A stretch of 64,000 nt of DNA from Ruminococcus sp. (lineage in GTDB: Bacteria; Bacillota; Clostridia; Oscillospirales; Ruminococcaceae). The first letter of the stretch is position 1. Every line of letters starts with the position of its first letter. The notes beneath the pieces were generated by a model. The model worked only from the letters and a program-made list of their open reading frames with translations. It was not told the origin of the DNA and did not search any database. The position numbers were made by a program, and so were the translations under genes. Of this stretch, positions 28,797-37,519 are shown one piece after another. The stretch is taken from positions 17,561 through 81,560 of the forward strand of contig JAISHV010000040.1 of assembly GCA_031262495.1 (NCBI GenBank). Direction: 5' to 3'.

Positions 28797-29824
28797 ACGG
28801 AAAGTATAAAAAATTCCCGGTAGGGATAAAATATCTGATTTGTGTAATATTTTCAGCCGCCGCAATAATACTCGGCATCGGCATCGGGAGCGTATTTATC
28901 TCTCCCGATGAGATTGCGGCAGTTTTAGCGAATAAAATCTTCGGCATAGATTTACCCGAAAAAGTAACTGATATAACAGCGGCAATCATTATGAATGTAC
29001 GATTGCCGCGAGTGCTTTGTGCGTTCATTGTCGGGGCGGGATTGTCGGCGGGCGGGGCTGTAATGCAATCGGTGCTTTCCAATCCTCTTGCTTCCGGTTA
29101 TACACTCGGTGTTTCAAGCGGCGCTTCATTGGGGGTAACACTAACCGTTTTTTTCGGCATAACCTTTTTCGGCGCGTTCACATTGCCGCTGATGGGTTTT
29201 ATTTTCGGTTTCGCGACAGTTTTAACAGCAGTAGCCGCCGCTTCGCGTTTTGACCGTAATACCGGGAGCGCAACTATAATTTTAATCGGTATGGTAATGT
29301 CGCTTTTTGTGAATGCCGCCGTTACCCTTTTGATGGGCATAAACAGAGATGCCGCAAAAAGCGTTATATATTGGCAAATGGGCAGTTTTTCAGGGCAAGA
29401 CCTTACTACAGCTGCTATAATTTTCCCGATTACGCTTGTGACTATCTTGATTGTAATGCGCTATAGCATTGCTATGGATCTTATGACTTTCGGCGATGAA
29501 CAAGCTATGTCGGCAGGTGTAAATATAAAATCAGCGAAGATTTTGCTTCTGATTCTTTCTTCGGCATTGACTGGAACTGCTGTTGCTTTTGTCGGTACAA
29601 TAGGGTTTATCGACTTAATAGCTCCTCACGCCGTACGTAAAGTATTCGGTTCAAGACACAAAATCGTAATACCGATGTCGGCGGTAACAGGCGGCGGTTT
29701 TATGGTGATTTCGGATTTATTGGCGCGAACCGTAATTGCCCCTGTTGAACTCCCTGTGGGTGCTGTTACGGCGATAATCGGCGCACCGGTGTTTGCATAT
29801 ATTTTCTTAAAAAAGCGTAAATAG
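28793..29824 (+). CDS. FecCD/BtuC-family ABC permease
   Basis: About 9-10 TM helices; RLPRVLCAFIVGAGLSAGGAVMQSVLSNPLASGYTLGVSSGASLG and GAVTAIIGAPVFAYIF are family-typical. ATGA overlap with the upstream stop. Confidence 0.9.
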   Translation: MNGKYKKFPVGIKYLICVIFSAAAIILGIGIGSVFISPDEIAAVLANKIFGIDLPEKVTDITAAIIMNVRLPRVLCAFIVGAGLSAGGAVMQSVLSNPLASGYTLGVSSGASLGVTLTVFFGITFFGAFTLPLMGFIFGFATVLTAVAAASRFDRNTGSATIILIGMVMSLFVNAAVTLLMGINRDAAKSVIYWQMGSFSGQDLTTAAIIFPITLVTILIVMRYSIAMDLMTFGDEQAMSAGVNIKSAKILLLILSSALTGTAVAFVGTIGFIDLIAPHAVRKVFGSRHKIVIPMSAVTGGGFMVISDLLARTVIAPVELPVGAVTAIIGAPVFAYIFLKKRK

Positions 29825-29864
29825 TTTCTCAAAAAATATAAATCAAAGTGAGCAGTAATCCAAA

Positions 29865-30647
29865 ATGCTTGAAATAAAAAATCTAAATGCCGGTTACAAC
29901 GGAAAACAAGTACTGTTTGACATTTCATTCGGTCTCGAATTCGGTCGGAGTCTTTCTGTTATCGGACCTAACGGCTGCGGGAAAACTACCCTCTTAAAAT
30001 GCATAGCGCATCTTATGGATTTTGAGGGTAATATAACCCTTTCAGGCGTTTCACTGAAAGGACTCGGACGGCGTGAATTAGCTTCAAGAGTGGCTGTAAT
30101 GAGTCAGCTCAATGTTACGTATTTTCCATACAGTATTTACGATACAGTAATGCTCGGGCGGTTTTCCCATTTAAAACCCGGAATATTTACAGGGAATCCG
30201 CAAAAAGCAGACTTTGAAGCCGTAGATGAAAGCATAAAAGCCGTCGGACTGACAGAGCTGCGCGACAGACAGATTGACACGCTTTCGGGCGGTCAGCTTC
30301 AGCGTGTATTTTTGGCGCGGGTTTTAGCGCAAAATCCGCAAATAATTCTGCTTGATGAACCTACTAACCATTTAGACTTAAAACACCAGCTTGAACTTAT
30401 TGATTATATCAAAGATTGGGTAGAAAAAGGCAAAGAAAAACGTGCCGTAATCGGCGTGTTTCACGATATGAATATTGCTTTGCGGCTTACACAAAATGTA
30501 CTTTTAATGGATAACGGAAAAGTCGGTAAGATGGGTGATTTTTCAGAAATTGCCGACAGTGAATATCTTGAAAATTTATTCGGTATAAACGTAGTGTCAT
30601 ATATGTCCGAAAACTCAAAACTGTGGGAAAGTATGAAAAATGCTTGA
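29865..30647 (+). CDS. ABC transporter ATP-binding protein (FecE/BtuD-type)
   Basis: Walker A GPNGCGKTT, signature LSGGQLQRV, Walker B ILLDEPTNHLD. Confidence 0.9.
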   Translation: MLEIKNLNAGYNGKQVLFDISFGLEFGRSLSVIGPNGCGKTTLLKCIAHLMDFEGNITLSGVSLKGLGRRELASRVAVMSQLNVTYFPYSIYDTVMLGRFSHLKPGIFTGNPQKADFEAVDESIKAVGLTELRDRQIDTLSGGQLQRVFLARVLAQNPQIILLDEPTNHLDLKHQLELIDYIKDWVEKGKEKRAVIGVFHDMNIALRLTQNVLLMDNGKVGKMGDFSEIADSEYLENLFGINVVSYMSENSKLWESMKNA

Positions 30648-30707
30648 CGTATGTGTTTTTTTGTGGTATACTGTAATTGCATTTTAACAGAAGGGTTAAA
30701 CTCACAT

Positions 30708-31052
30708 ATGAAAAATCAAAATACCGGTGAATCATCAGCTTGTAAAATAGCACGAAGAGGTTTTATATTACTGCTGTGCGGTCCCGGTGTTCTGCTTTTA
30801 GCGGCACTCGTCGGTATAATCGGTGATATTCCCGATGTTTTAGCTTTAATTATCGGAGGGATTGCGTTTATATTGCCGGGGATAGGCGCGGTTTTAAGTA
30901 TAATTGCACTTACAAAACGAAAAGAACTCGACAAAATCGGGCGCGCTTTAGCTATAATTACTTTAGTTATGTGTAATCCGTTGTTTTATTTCATCTACTT
31001 TTTCGTTTGCTTAGCGGGAGGAGATGGATTTACAGGTTTGGCATTAATGTGA
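30708..31052 (+). CDS. small integral membrane protein, unknown function
   Basis: Three hydrophobic helices. Start chosen at ATG 30708 (MKNQNTG); the SD is weak. Confidence 0.45.
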   Translation: MKNQNTGESSACKIARRGFILLLCGPGVLLLAALVGIIGDIPDVLALIIGGIAFILPGIGAVLSIIALTKRKELDKIGRALAIITLVMCNPLFYFIYFFVCLAGGDGFTGLALM

Positions 31053-32245
31053 AAAATGTTAAAATTGTGAAAAAGCACGTTAGATTCATCATAAAAATGT
31101 CACTCTCATCTGTTGTACTTACTCTTTTCTTATACATAGGCTATCGTTTTGAATATCTGACAGAACTTTCGGCATTTGATAATATTGTCGGTTTCATGCC
31201 GCTTTTTTTACTGACGGGTATTTCATCGTTTACAGTCGCGCTTATTTGGAAGCGTTATGAAAATCGTCAAACCTCAACTATCGTTTTGTCAATATTGACT
31301 GTAATGTGGACGGCTTTGCTTATTCCCGCCGTTTCGGGTAATTGGTATCCGTTTGCGAAAGTCTCGGAACCACAAAGCAGTAACCTCGATTTGTCGCTTT
31401 TTGAGCCGTTCAGAGAAGATACATTATCCGTAACATTACAGAATGTATCATTAACACTAACGGAGGATTTACCTTTGCTTGACGGAGCTACTTCATTATA
31501 CCCGGTTTATGCTTCAGCAGTAAAAGCTTTGTATGATGAAAATGCCTATACTCAAGATACGGCGGTATGCAGTAATACAGCGGTTGCATATGACAGACTG
31601 ATACATGGTGATTGTGATATAATATTCGTTGCCGGTGCTTCAAAAAAACAAATGCAAGCCGCTCTAAAAGCGGGGAGAAATTTGCATTTTACACCGATCG
31701 GTAAAGAAGCATTTGTTTTCCTTGTCGGCAAAGATAACCCGATTGATAATCTGACATATCAGCAAATTAAAAATATCTTTTCCGGCAAAACTGCATATTG
31801 GCACACGCTCGGCGTAAATAACAGCGGAAAAATTATTGCTTTTACGCGCCCCGAAGGCAGCGGCAGTCAAACCGCACTGCAACAGATAATGAAAGATGTT
31901 CCGATACAAAAACCTCAGCCTCTGCCTGATGAATATTTAATCGGAAACGGAAGTATGATGGAGCAAGTATCGGTAAACCTGAATGGTACACAGCCGGCTA
32001 TTGGTTATTCATACAGATTTTTTGCAACGAAGATGCACCCGAACCCTGACGCGAAACTTCTTAAAATTGATGGTATATACCCGTCTTATGAAGCAATTTC
32101 AAACGATATATACCCTTTTACATATAATTTTTATGCAGTTACAAACGGCGAACCGAACGGAAACGAGAAAATACTGATTGATTGGATTCTGTCTCCCGAA
32201 GGTCAAACCTTAATTGAAAAGACAGGGTATATTCCCCTGAATTGA
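31049..32245 (+). CDS. membrane-anchored PstS-like (PBP_like_2) substrate-binding domain protein
   Basis: N-terminal TM helices are followed by LDGATSLYPVYASAVKAL and TRPEGSGSQTALQQIM, typical of phosphate-binding-protein-like folds. The GTG 31049 start gives a GTGA overlap with the upstream stop, but the start is uncertain (ATG 31097 is the alternative). Confidence 0.55.
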   Translation: MKNVKIVKKHVRFIIKMSLSSVVLTLFLYIGYRFEYLTELSAFDNIVGFMPLFLLTGISSFTVALIWKRYENRQTSTIVLSILTVMWTALLIPAVSGNWYPFAKVSEPQSSNLDLSLFEPFREDTLSVTLQNVSLTLTEDLPLLDGATSLYPVYASAVKALYDENAYTQDTAVCSNTAVAYDRLIHGDCDIIFVAGASKKQMQAALKAGRNLHFTPIGKEAFVFLVGKDNPIDNLTYQQIKNIFSGKTAYWHTLGVNNSGKIIAFTRPEGSGSQTALQQIMKDVPIQKPQPLPDEYLIGNGSMMEQVSVNLNGTQPAIGYSYRFFATKMHPNPDAKLLKIDGIYPSYEAISNDIYPFTYNFYAVTNGEPNGNEKILIDWILSPEGQTLIEKTGYIPLN

Positions 32246-32307
32246 ATTAAGCAGTGAGTAATGTAAAGCAGAAATAGAAAAATACAACAAAATTGGAGGA
32301 AACAAGC

Positions 32308-34425
32308 GTGAATGACAGTATAAAATCATCCGTGGATTTTAAAGAATTTGTCCCGACGTTTAAAAGATACATCTTCGGGATTTGGGACAGGTTATGCCGA
32401 CATCCGTTCATCACTCTCGGAGTGGTTTATATTTTGTCGGTGGTTTGGCGTTGCTTGGCGGTGTCCTCTACAGGGGATTTGCCGTATATTTATAACGATG
32501 AATTTATGTATTTCGACATAGCGGAGTCCCTTTCAGGCGGCGAAGTTATGGTTCGCAATCAGCCTGTTGTTTATAAATATCTGCTCTATCCTTTAATATT
32601 ATCTCCGCTGTTTTATTTGCCTGACGGGATTGATATCTTTCGTTCTATTCAGTTCTTGAATGTAATAATGATGCATTCAATGATTTTCCCGCTGTATTTA
32701 TTATGGAAACAACTGACCGGAAATAAAAATGCTGCACTCGCCGCGGCTCTGTTGTCACTATTGCTGCCCGACACGGTTATAGTAAAAAACATAATGACAG
32801 AGAGTCTCTCGTTTCCGATGATTTTTCTGGCGTTATATTTTGTATGCAAGATGTTTTGTTCCCCCGAGAAGAAGTCCTTAACGATAATATCAGCCGTTCT
32901 TTGCTTTTTGCTGTTTACTATTAAACCCGGATATGCTGCCGTTGCGGGAGCTTGCTTTTTTGTAATGCTCTTTCGCGCCGTTAAAAGCCGGGATAAAAAA
33001 TTATTGCCTCAGCCTGTTTTATTCGCGACGGCGGTTTTACTGTCGCTTGCCGTGTATACGCTGATTTTATTAGCATTCGGTGTTAATCCATTCGGCGAAA
33101 CAATGTATGACAAACAAAGTACGCCTCTGTCAATCGAACACTTAGTTTTGACGCTTAAAGGGGTTTTAATCTATACGCATTACCATCTGATTGCATTTTT
33201 TATAATTCCGCCTATTATACTTATAGCCGGATATAAAAATCGAAACGAAACACAAAAAATGTTTACGCAAATGCTTGTTATAACAATAATTCTGATTCTT
33301 ACAGCAACAGTTTATATTATTTATGCGGACGAAACCTATAATGCCGATCATTTACAGCGTATTCATCTTCGCTATACCGCACCGTTCTTTCCGCTTATTT
33401 TAGCACTTTTACCGACAGGCACTGCCGATAAATCCCGGATTCGGACTGTCGGGATTCCGGTTTTGGCTTTTTTGGGCGTAGGACTTACTTTTTATGATGC
33501 GGCTTCAGTTGCATACTCACCGATATATGCCTTAGACTCAATAATGCTCTCGATGATGAGATACAGCAGCAGCGTCATCAACGGAGCCGATACATATTTG
33601 CCTATTTTATTGTCAGTATTAATACCGCTTACCTGTCTTGTTCTCATTCACGGATTTAAACCGCATTACAAAAAAATAACACTCACAATAATTATTATCG
33701 TTCTGATAATTAATCAATACGCCGGATATAAAATCGACAGTAATAACGATGTATCAAGATACTCAACAGATGCGGCCGAAATTATAAAAATTACAGGGAC
33801 AAACGCTTTGATGGTCGCTGACAGTACGCAAATGAATACCGTCTCGTGTGCCGGTATTGATATTCGCTCACGTGCCGAAATCCCGATTGTTACGCTTAAT
33901 GAAATCCTGAATGCTACGGACGAAAACGGTGTTGTCTCCGTTATCGGCACAGAAGATATGAATGAATTTATGAACAGACAGCTTACTCACTCATATAATG
34001 TCGGTGATTATATCATTTTGGATTTTTCCGTATTACGTCATTTAAAATTAACCGAGCCCGAGCCGAAATTTCCGCCGTTCGCTTCATATGTTTATACTCC
34101 CGTATCAACCGGAAAACCTTGGATCAGCAGTGTAATAAACGGTCTGGAAGGAACAAAAGTTACCGATGACACAGAGTTTCTTCTGTATGACGAAGCCATG
34201 CGCGAAAAGGATACAATATACCTGCGTTTAAAAGTATCGTCAGACTCTCACTGCGGCAGTCTTGTCATTGATACTGCCGACGGGCATACTCAAACATTTA
34301 CTGTTTCTGACAAATCCGATTGGATTGATGTTTATTTAACAAACGATAACAACAGTGCCCCGCTGAAACTGTCGTTTTCAGCACCTGACGGAGAAATTTA
34401 TATTGACAGCTACACTATTGAATGA
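32308..34425 (+). CDS. GT-C-fold glycosyltransferase-like polytopic membrane protein (GT39/ArnT-like) with C-terminal extracytoplasmic domain
   Basis: About 12 or more TM helices, and an NDEFMYFD acidic motif in the first loop as in ArnT/PMT-type enzymes. GGAGG lies 7 nt upstream of GTG 32308. Confidence 0.55.
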   Translation: MNDSIKSSVDFKEFVPTFKRYIFGIWDRLCRHPFITLGVVYILSVVWRCLAVSSTGDLPYIYNDEFMYFDIAESLSGGEVMVRNQPVVYKYLLYPLILSPLFYLPDGIDIFRSIQFLNVIMMHSMIFPLYLLWKQLTGNKNAALAAALLSLLLPDTVIVKNIMTESLSFPMIFLALYFVCKMFCSPEKKSLTIISAVLCFLLFTIKPGYAAVAGACFFVMLFRAVKSRDKKLLPQPVLFATAVLLSLAVYTLILLAFGVNPFGETMYDKQSTPLSIEHLVLTLKGVLIYTHYHLIAFFIIPPIILIAGYKNRNETQKMFTQMLVITIILILTATVYIIYADETYNADHLQRIHLRYTAPFFPLILALLPTGTADKSRIRTVGIPVLAFLGVGLTFYDAASVAYSPIYALDSIMLSMMRYSSSVINGADTYLPILLSVLIPLTCLVLIHGFKPHYKKITLTIIIIVLIINQYAGYKIDSNNDVSRYSTDAAEIIKITGTNALMVADSTQMNTVSCAGIDIRSRAEIPIVTLNEILNATDENGVVSVIGTEDMNEFMNRQLTHSYNVGDYIILDFSVLRHLKLTEPEPKFPPFASYVYTPVSTGKPWISSVINGLEGTKVTDDTEFLLYDEAMREKDTIYLRLKVSSDSHCGSLVIDTADGHTQTFTVSDKSDWIDVYLTNDNNSAPLKLSFSAPDGEIYIDSYTIE

Positions 34426-34453
34426 ATAAAGTGTAAATAAGTATCATTTTGAG

Positions 34454-34482
34454 TTGACATATTAAAAATTATATGTTATAAT
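34454..34482 (+). promoter_or_regulatory. sigma-A promoter of the ECF transporter operon
   Basis: TTGACA, 17 nt, TATAAT. The -10 ends only 7 nt before ATG 34490 and 16 nt before ATG 34499. Confidence 0.6.
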
Positions 34483-34498
34483 ATTTCGGGTGATTATT

Positions 34499-35062
34499 AT
34501 GGAAAAAAGAGAAATTCTATCAGATAAAAAGGCGGGACTTTCGTTATCTGACCTCATGCTGACGGCGGTGCTTTTAGCGGCGGGGGCAGTACTGAAATTC
34601 GCAGTCGGAAATATTATTAATTTCGGTATGAAGCCGAACTTCATTATAGCGATGTATTGTATTCTGATTCTGCTTATAAAGCCGAAGCTTTCGGGAGCGG
34701 CTATAATCGGACTGCTTGCGGGTGCTGTGTGCCAATTTTTCCCCGGGACACCGTACGTGAACCTGTTCAGTGAGCTTATCGGTGCGGTGGTTATGTGTCT
34801 GCTTATTAAATTACCGTTTACGCTTAAAAATAAGTATGCCGACAGTTTCATAAAGGTTGCGGTTAACGTGTTTATAACAACACTCTTTTCGGGTTTTTCA
34901 TTCCTCGGGCTTATGTGGCTTCTTTATTACGCAAGAGGCGCACAGGGAAACCCGCCGGCGGCACTGGGCGTTTTCCTCGGTATAATCCTCGGAACGGCTA
35001 CGATTAACGCCATTATAGTTCAAGTTCTATACCCAACACTTAAAAAGGTGCTCAAAAAGTAG
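34499..35062 (+). CDS. ECF transporter substrate-specific (S) component, TrpP-like
   Basis: About 6 TM helices; a GMKPNFIIAMY motif resembles the TrpP family. It sits directly upstream of ecfA-ecfA-ecfT. The start could be 34490, which might be leaderless. Confidence 0.55.
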   Translation: MEKREILSDKKAGLSLSDLMLTAVLLAAGAVLKFAVGNIINFGMKPNFIIAMYCILILLIKPKLSGAAIIGLLAGAVCQFFPGTPYVNLFSELIGAVVMCLLIKLPFTLKNKYADSFIKVAVNVFITTLFSGFSFLGLMWLLYYARGAQGNPPAALGVFLGIILGTATINAIIVQVLYPTLKKVLKK

Positions 35063-35144
35063 GTAACGCCAAAATGATTATTCCAATGGTTGACATTTCA
35101 GCTGTTGAAGTCTTTTGGGCGGTTATCTCTATAAAAACATACTC

Positions 35145-35810
35145 ATGATAAAGATAGAAAATTTCTCTTTTAAGTATAAAGGCAATGATAAATTCGCTTT
35201 GCATAACATTAATCTTGACATAGAAAACGGTGCATTTTTAGGGCTTTCCGGTGTTTCGGGCAGCGGTAAAACATCGCTTTTATACGCTTGCTGCGGTGTT
35301 ATTCCGCATTTTTATAAAGGGGATTTTTACGGTTCTGTCACGCTCGCGGGCAAAGACACCGTAGAAACACCCATTTCGGAATTATCTAAAATCGCGGCTA
35401 TTGTATTTGAAGACGTTGACAGCTCTTTTGCCTGTACATACCCGGAGGACGAAATTGTATTCGGACTGCGGAATTTCGGAAAATCAAAACAGGAAGCAGA
35501 AGAAAATGCCGCTGAAATTATGTCTCTGTTTGAAATAAGCGATTTGCGCGGGAAACTTATCCGCAGTCTTTCAGGCGGACAAAAACGCAAAGTAGCGCTC
35601 GCCGCCGCGATAGCTGTAAAGCCGCAGGTACTGCTGCTTGATGAACCGTCGGGTGAGCTTGACCCCGAAGCGAAGATACAGGTTTTTGAGCTTTTAAAAA
35701 AACTTAATGAAGACGGACTTACGATTATCGTATCTGAACGCAATGACAAATTGCTCCATGAATACGCTGCCCGTCAATATATTTTAAAGACAGCGGAGAT
35801 TTCGGAATAA
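35145..35810 (+). CDS. ecfA1: ECF transporter ATPase component
   Basis: Walker A GVSGSGKTS, signature LSGGQKRKV, Walker B LLLDEPSGELD. The start is uncertain (35115 TTG or 35145 ATG). Confidence 0.8.
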   Translation: MIKIENFSFKYKGNDKFALHNINLDIENGAFLGLSGVSGSGKTSLLYACCGVIPHFYKGDFYGSVTLAGKDTVETPISELSKIAAIVFEDVDSSFACTYPEDEIVFGLRNFGKSKQEAEENAAEIMSLFEISDLRGKLIRSLSGGQKRKVALAAAIAVKPQVLLLDEPSGELDPEAKIQVFELLKKLNEDGLTIIVSERNDKLLHEYAARQYILKTAEISE

Positions 35811-36461
35811 ATGCTTGTATTTGAAGATGTTTCATTCGGTTTTGCCGATGAACTTTTCCGTGATGTGAATTTCAGACTGAACCCGGGTGAAATAGCCATA
35901 CTGACAGGCAAAAACGGTGTCGGAAAATCAACGCTTTTGCGTTTATGCAACGGGCTTTTGAAACCGAAAAAGGGCAATGTTCGTGTAGCCGGATTTTTAA
36001 CCGACGAACACAAAACCAGTTCACTGGCAAAACACGCGGGATTTTTATTTCAAAACCCCGACAGACAAATTTCAAAACACACTGTAAAAGAAGAACTCCT
36101 ATTCGGTTTAAGCCTTACATCACCCGATATTGACGAAAATACAAAACAAGAACTGCTTATGAGTATTTCGGATGAATTCGGTTTAAACCCCGACAGTGAA
36201 ATTTTTACGCTCTCAAAGGGTTACAGACAAATGGTTGCGATAGCTTCAGTACTTATTACAGAACCGAAAGTGATGCTGTTTGATGAACCGACCGTGTGCC
36301 TTGATAAATTGGGGAAAGAAGCGTTGACAAGGTGCATTTCAACCCGCATAGAAAAAGGTGCGGCGGCACTTATAATTTCACACGACCTTGATTTTATTGA
36401 AATGCTTAAAACACTCAATTCGCGTATTCTCATTTTAAAAGACAAATTGATAAAATCTTAA
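35811..36461 (+). CDS. ecfA2: ECF transporter ATPase component
   Basis: Walker A GKNGVGKST, degenerate signature LSKGYRQMV, Walker B MLFDEPTVCLD. The ATG abuts the upstream TAA. Confidence 0.8.
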   Translation: MLVFEDVSFGFADELFRDVNFRLNPGEIAILTGKNGVGKSTLLRLCNGLLKPKKGNVRVAGFLTDEHKTSSLAKHAGFLFQNPDRQISKHTVKEELLFGLSLTSPDIDENTKQELLMSISDEFGLNPDSEIFTLSKGYRQMVAIASVLITEPKVMLFDEPTVCLDKLGKEALTRCISTRIEKGAAALIISHDLDFIEMLKTLNSRILILKDKLIKS

Positions 36462-36501
36462 AAATATTCAAAATTTCGATTACGGCAGAAAGGAACATAG
36501 T

Positions 36502-37164
36502 ATGGGCGGTCTCGGTTATTTCCCCGGAACAAGTTTTCTGCATAAACTGAATCCGATTATTAAACTCTTTATAGCGTTTATACTCGTTGCGGCGGTGTTT
36601 GCGATACCGTCTTTGATTGCGCCGGCGGGTGTTTTGGTTGTTACGTTTTTTATGGCTCTGTCCTGTCAGTCGGCTAAATGGACGCTGAAAATTATCCGTT
36701 CAATGATTAAATTTTCGATAGTTATTTTTATAATTCAAACGCTTTTCATTCAGACAGGCGATACGCTTTTCCCTCTGTTTTGGGGGCTTCGGGTAACTAA
36801 AGAAGGTGTACTTTTTTCGCTGGGGTTCGTGTTAAAACTTATAGCTTCCGCTCTGCCGCTGGCACTCGTTTTGCGGATTACAAAAGGTATAGATTTAGCA
36901 GATTCACTGAACGAAACATTTAAAATCCCCTATAAATACGCCTATGCAATAAGCTCTGCAATGCGTTTTGTACCCGACTTTGCCGATGAAATGAATGATA
37001 TCATCGAGGCTCAAACCGCTCGCGGGATTGAACACGATACAAAAGGCTTAATAAAAAAAGCACGGCTTTTAGCACCACTATGCTTGCCGCTCTTGTTATC
37101 GGGTGTACGGAAAGCCGAAATAGCGGCTATTTCAGCCGAAATGCGCGGAGTTGCTAACCGGTGA
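36502..37164 (+). CDS. ecfT: ECF transporter transmembrane (T) component, CbiQ family
   Basis: Family-typical LHKLNPIIKL start, TM helices, and ARGIE / RKAEIAAISAEMRG coupling-helix region. Confidence 0.8.
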   Translation: MGGLGYFPGTSFLHKLNPIIKLFIAFILVAAVFAIPSLIAPAGVLVVTFFMALSCQSAKWTLKIIRSMIKFSIVIFIIQTLFIQTGDTLFPLFWGLRVTKEGVLFSLGFVLKLIASALPLALVLRITKGIDLADSLNETFKIPYKYAYAISSAMRFVPDFADEMNDIIEAQTARGIEHDTKGLIKKARLLAPLCLPLLLSGVRKAEIAAISAEMRGVANR

Positions 37165-37214
37165 CCCGGCGGGACTGTGCAGCAACGCTGCGTATCGCTG
37201 ATGGAAGTCTTTCA
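37164..37214 (+). repeat. conserved 3'-UTR motif, copy 1
   Basis: CCCGGCGGGACTGTGCAGCAACGCTGCGTATCGCTGATGGAAGTCTTTCA starts at the ecfT stop codon. Over the 40-nt core it is 34/40 identical to 40929..40968. Confidence 0.65.
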
Positions 37215-37366
37215 TAATTTTCTACACGCTCACCGCGTAGAAGTTGCTTATAGCCTGTAGTTGCGTAGCAACTACTTTGCTTAAATTCAGCTAATACAAA
37301 AAATCTCAATATCGCCTTTAAGGCGGTATTTTTATTGTAAACTTTTCGTGAATTGCTGTTTTTTCG

Positions 37367-37395
37367 TTGACAAACGGCTACATACATGTTATTAT
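37367..37395 (+). promoter_or_regulatory. sigma-A promoter (extended -10) of transglutaminase-like gene 1
   Basis: TTGACA, 17 nt, TATTAT preceded by TGt. Confidence 0.5.
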
Positions 37396-37519
37396 TGTAG
37401 TATAAACGCAAATAGTATATATTTACTGTTTTATATCAATATCTTATCTATTTATACACAAATTTAGCTTAATATTATAATACACAAAGTTTTTATTTTC
37501 TATGATAGGAGAGATTAAA

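Noticed and set aside
34426-34498. T-box or riboswitch upstream of the TrpP-like ECF S component
   Set aside because: Only about 70 nt separate the upstream stop from the start codon, and a consensus promoter occupies most of that. There is no room for a structured leader.
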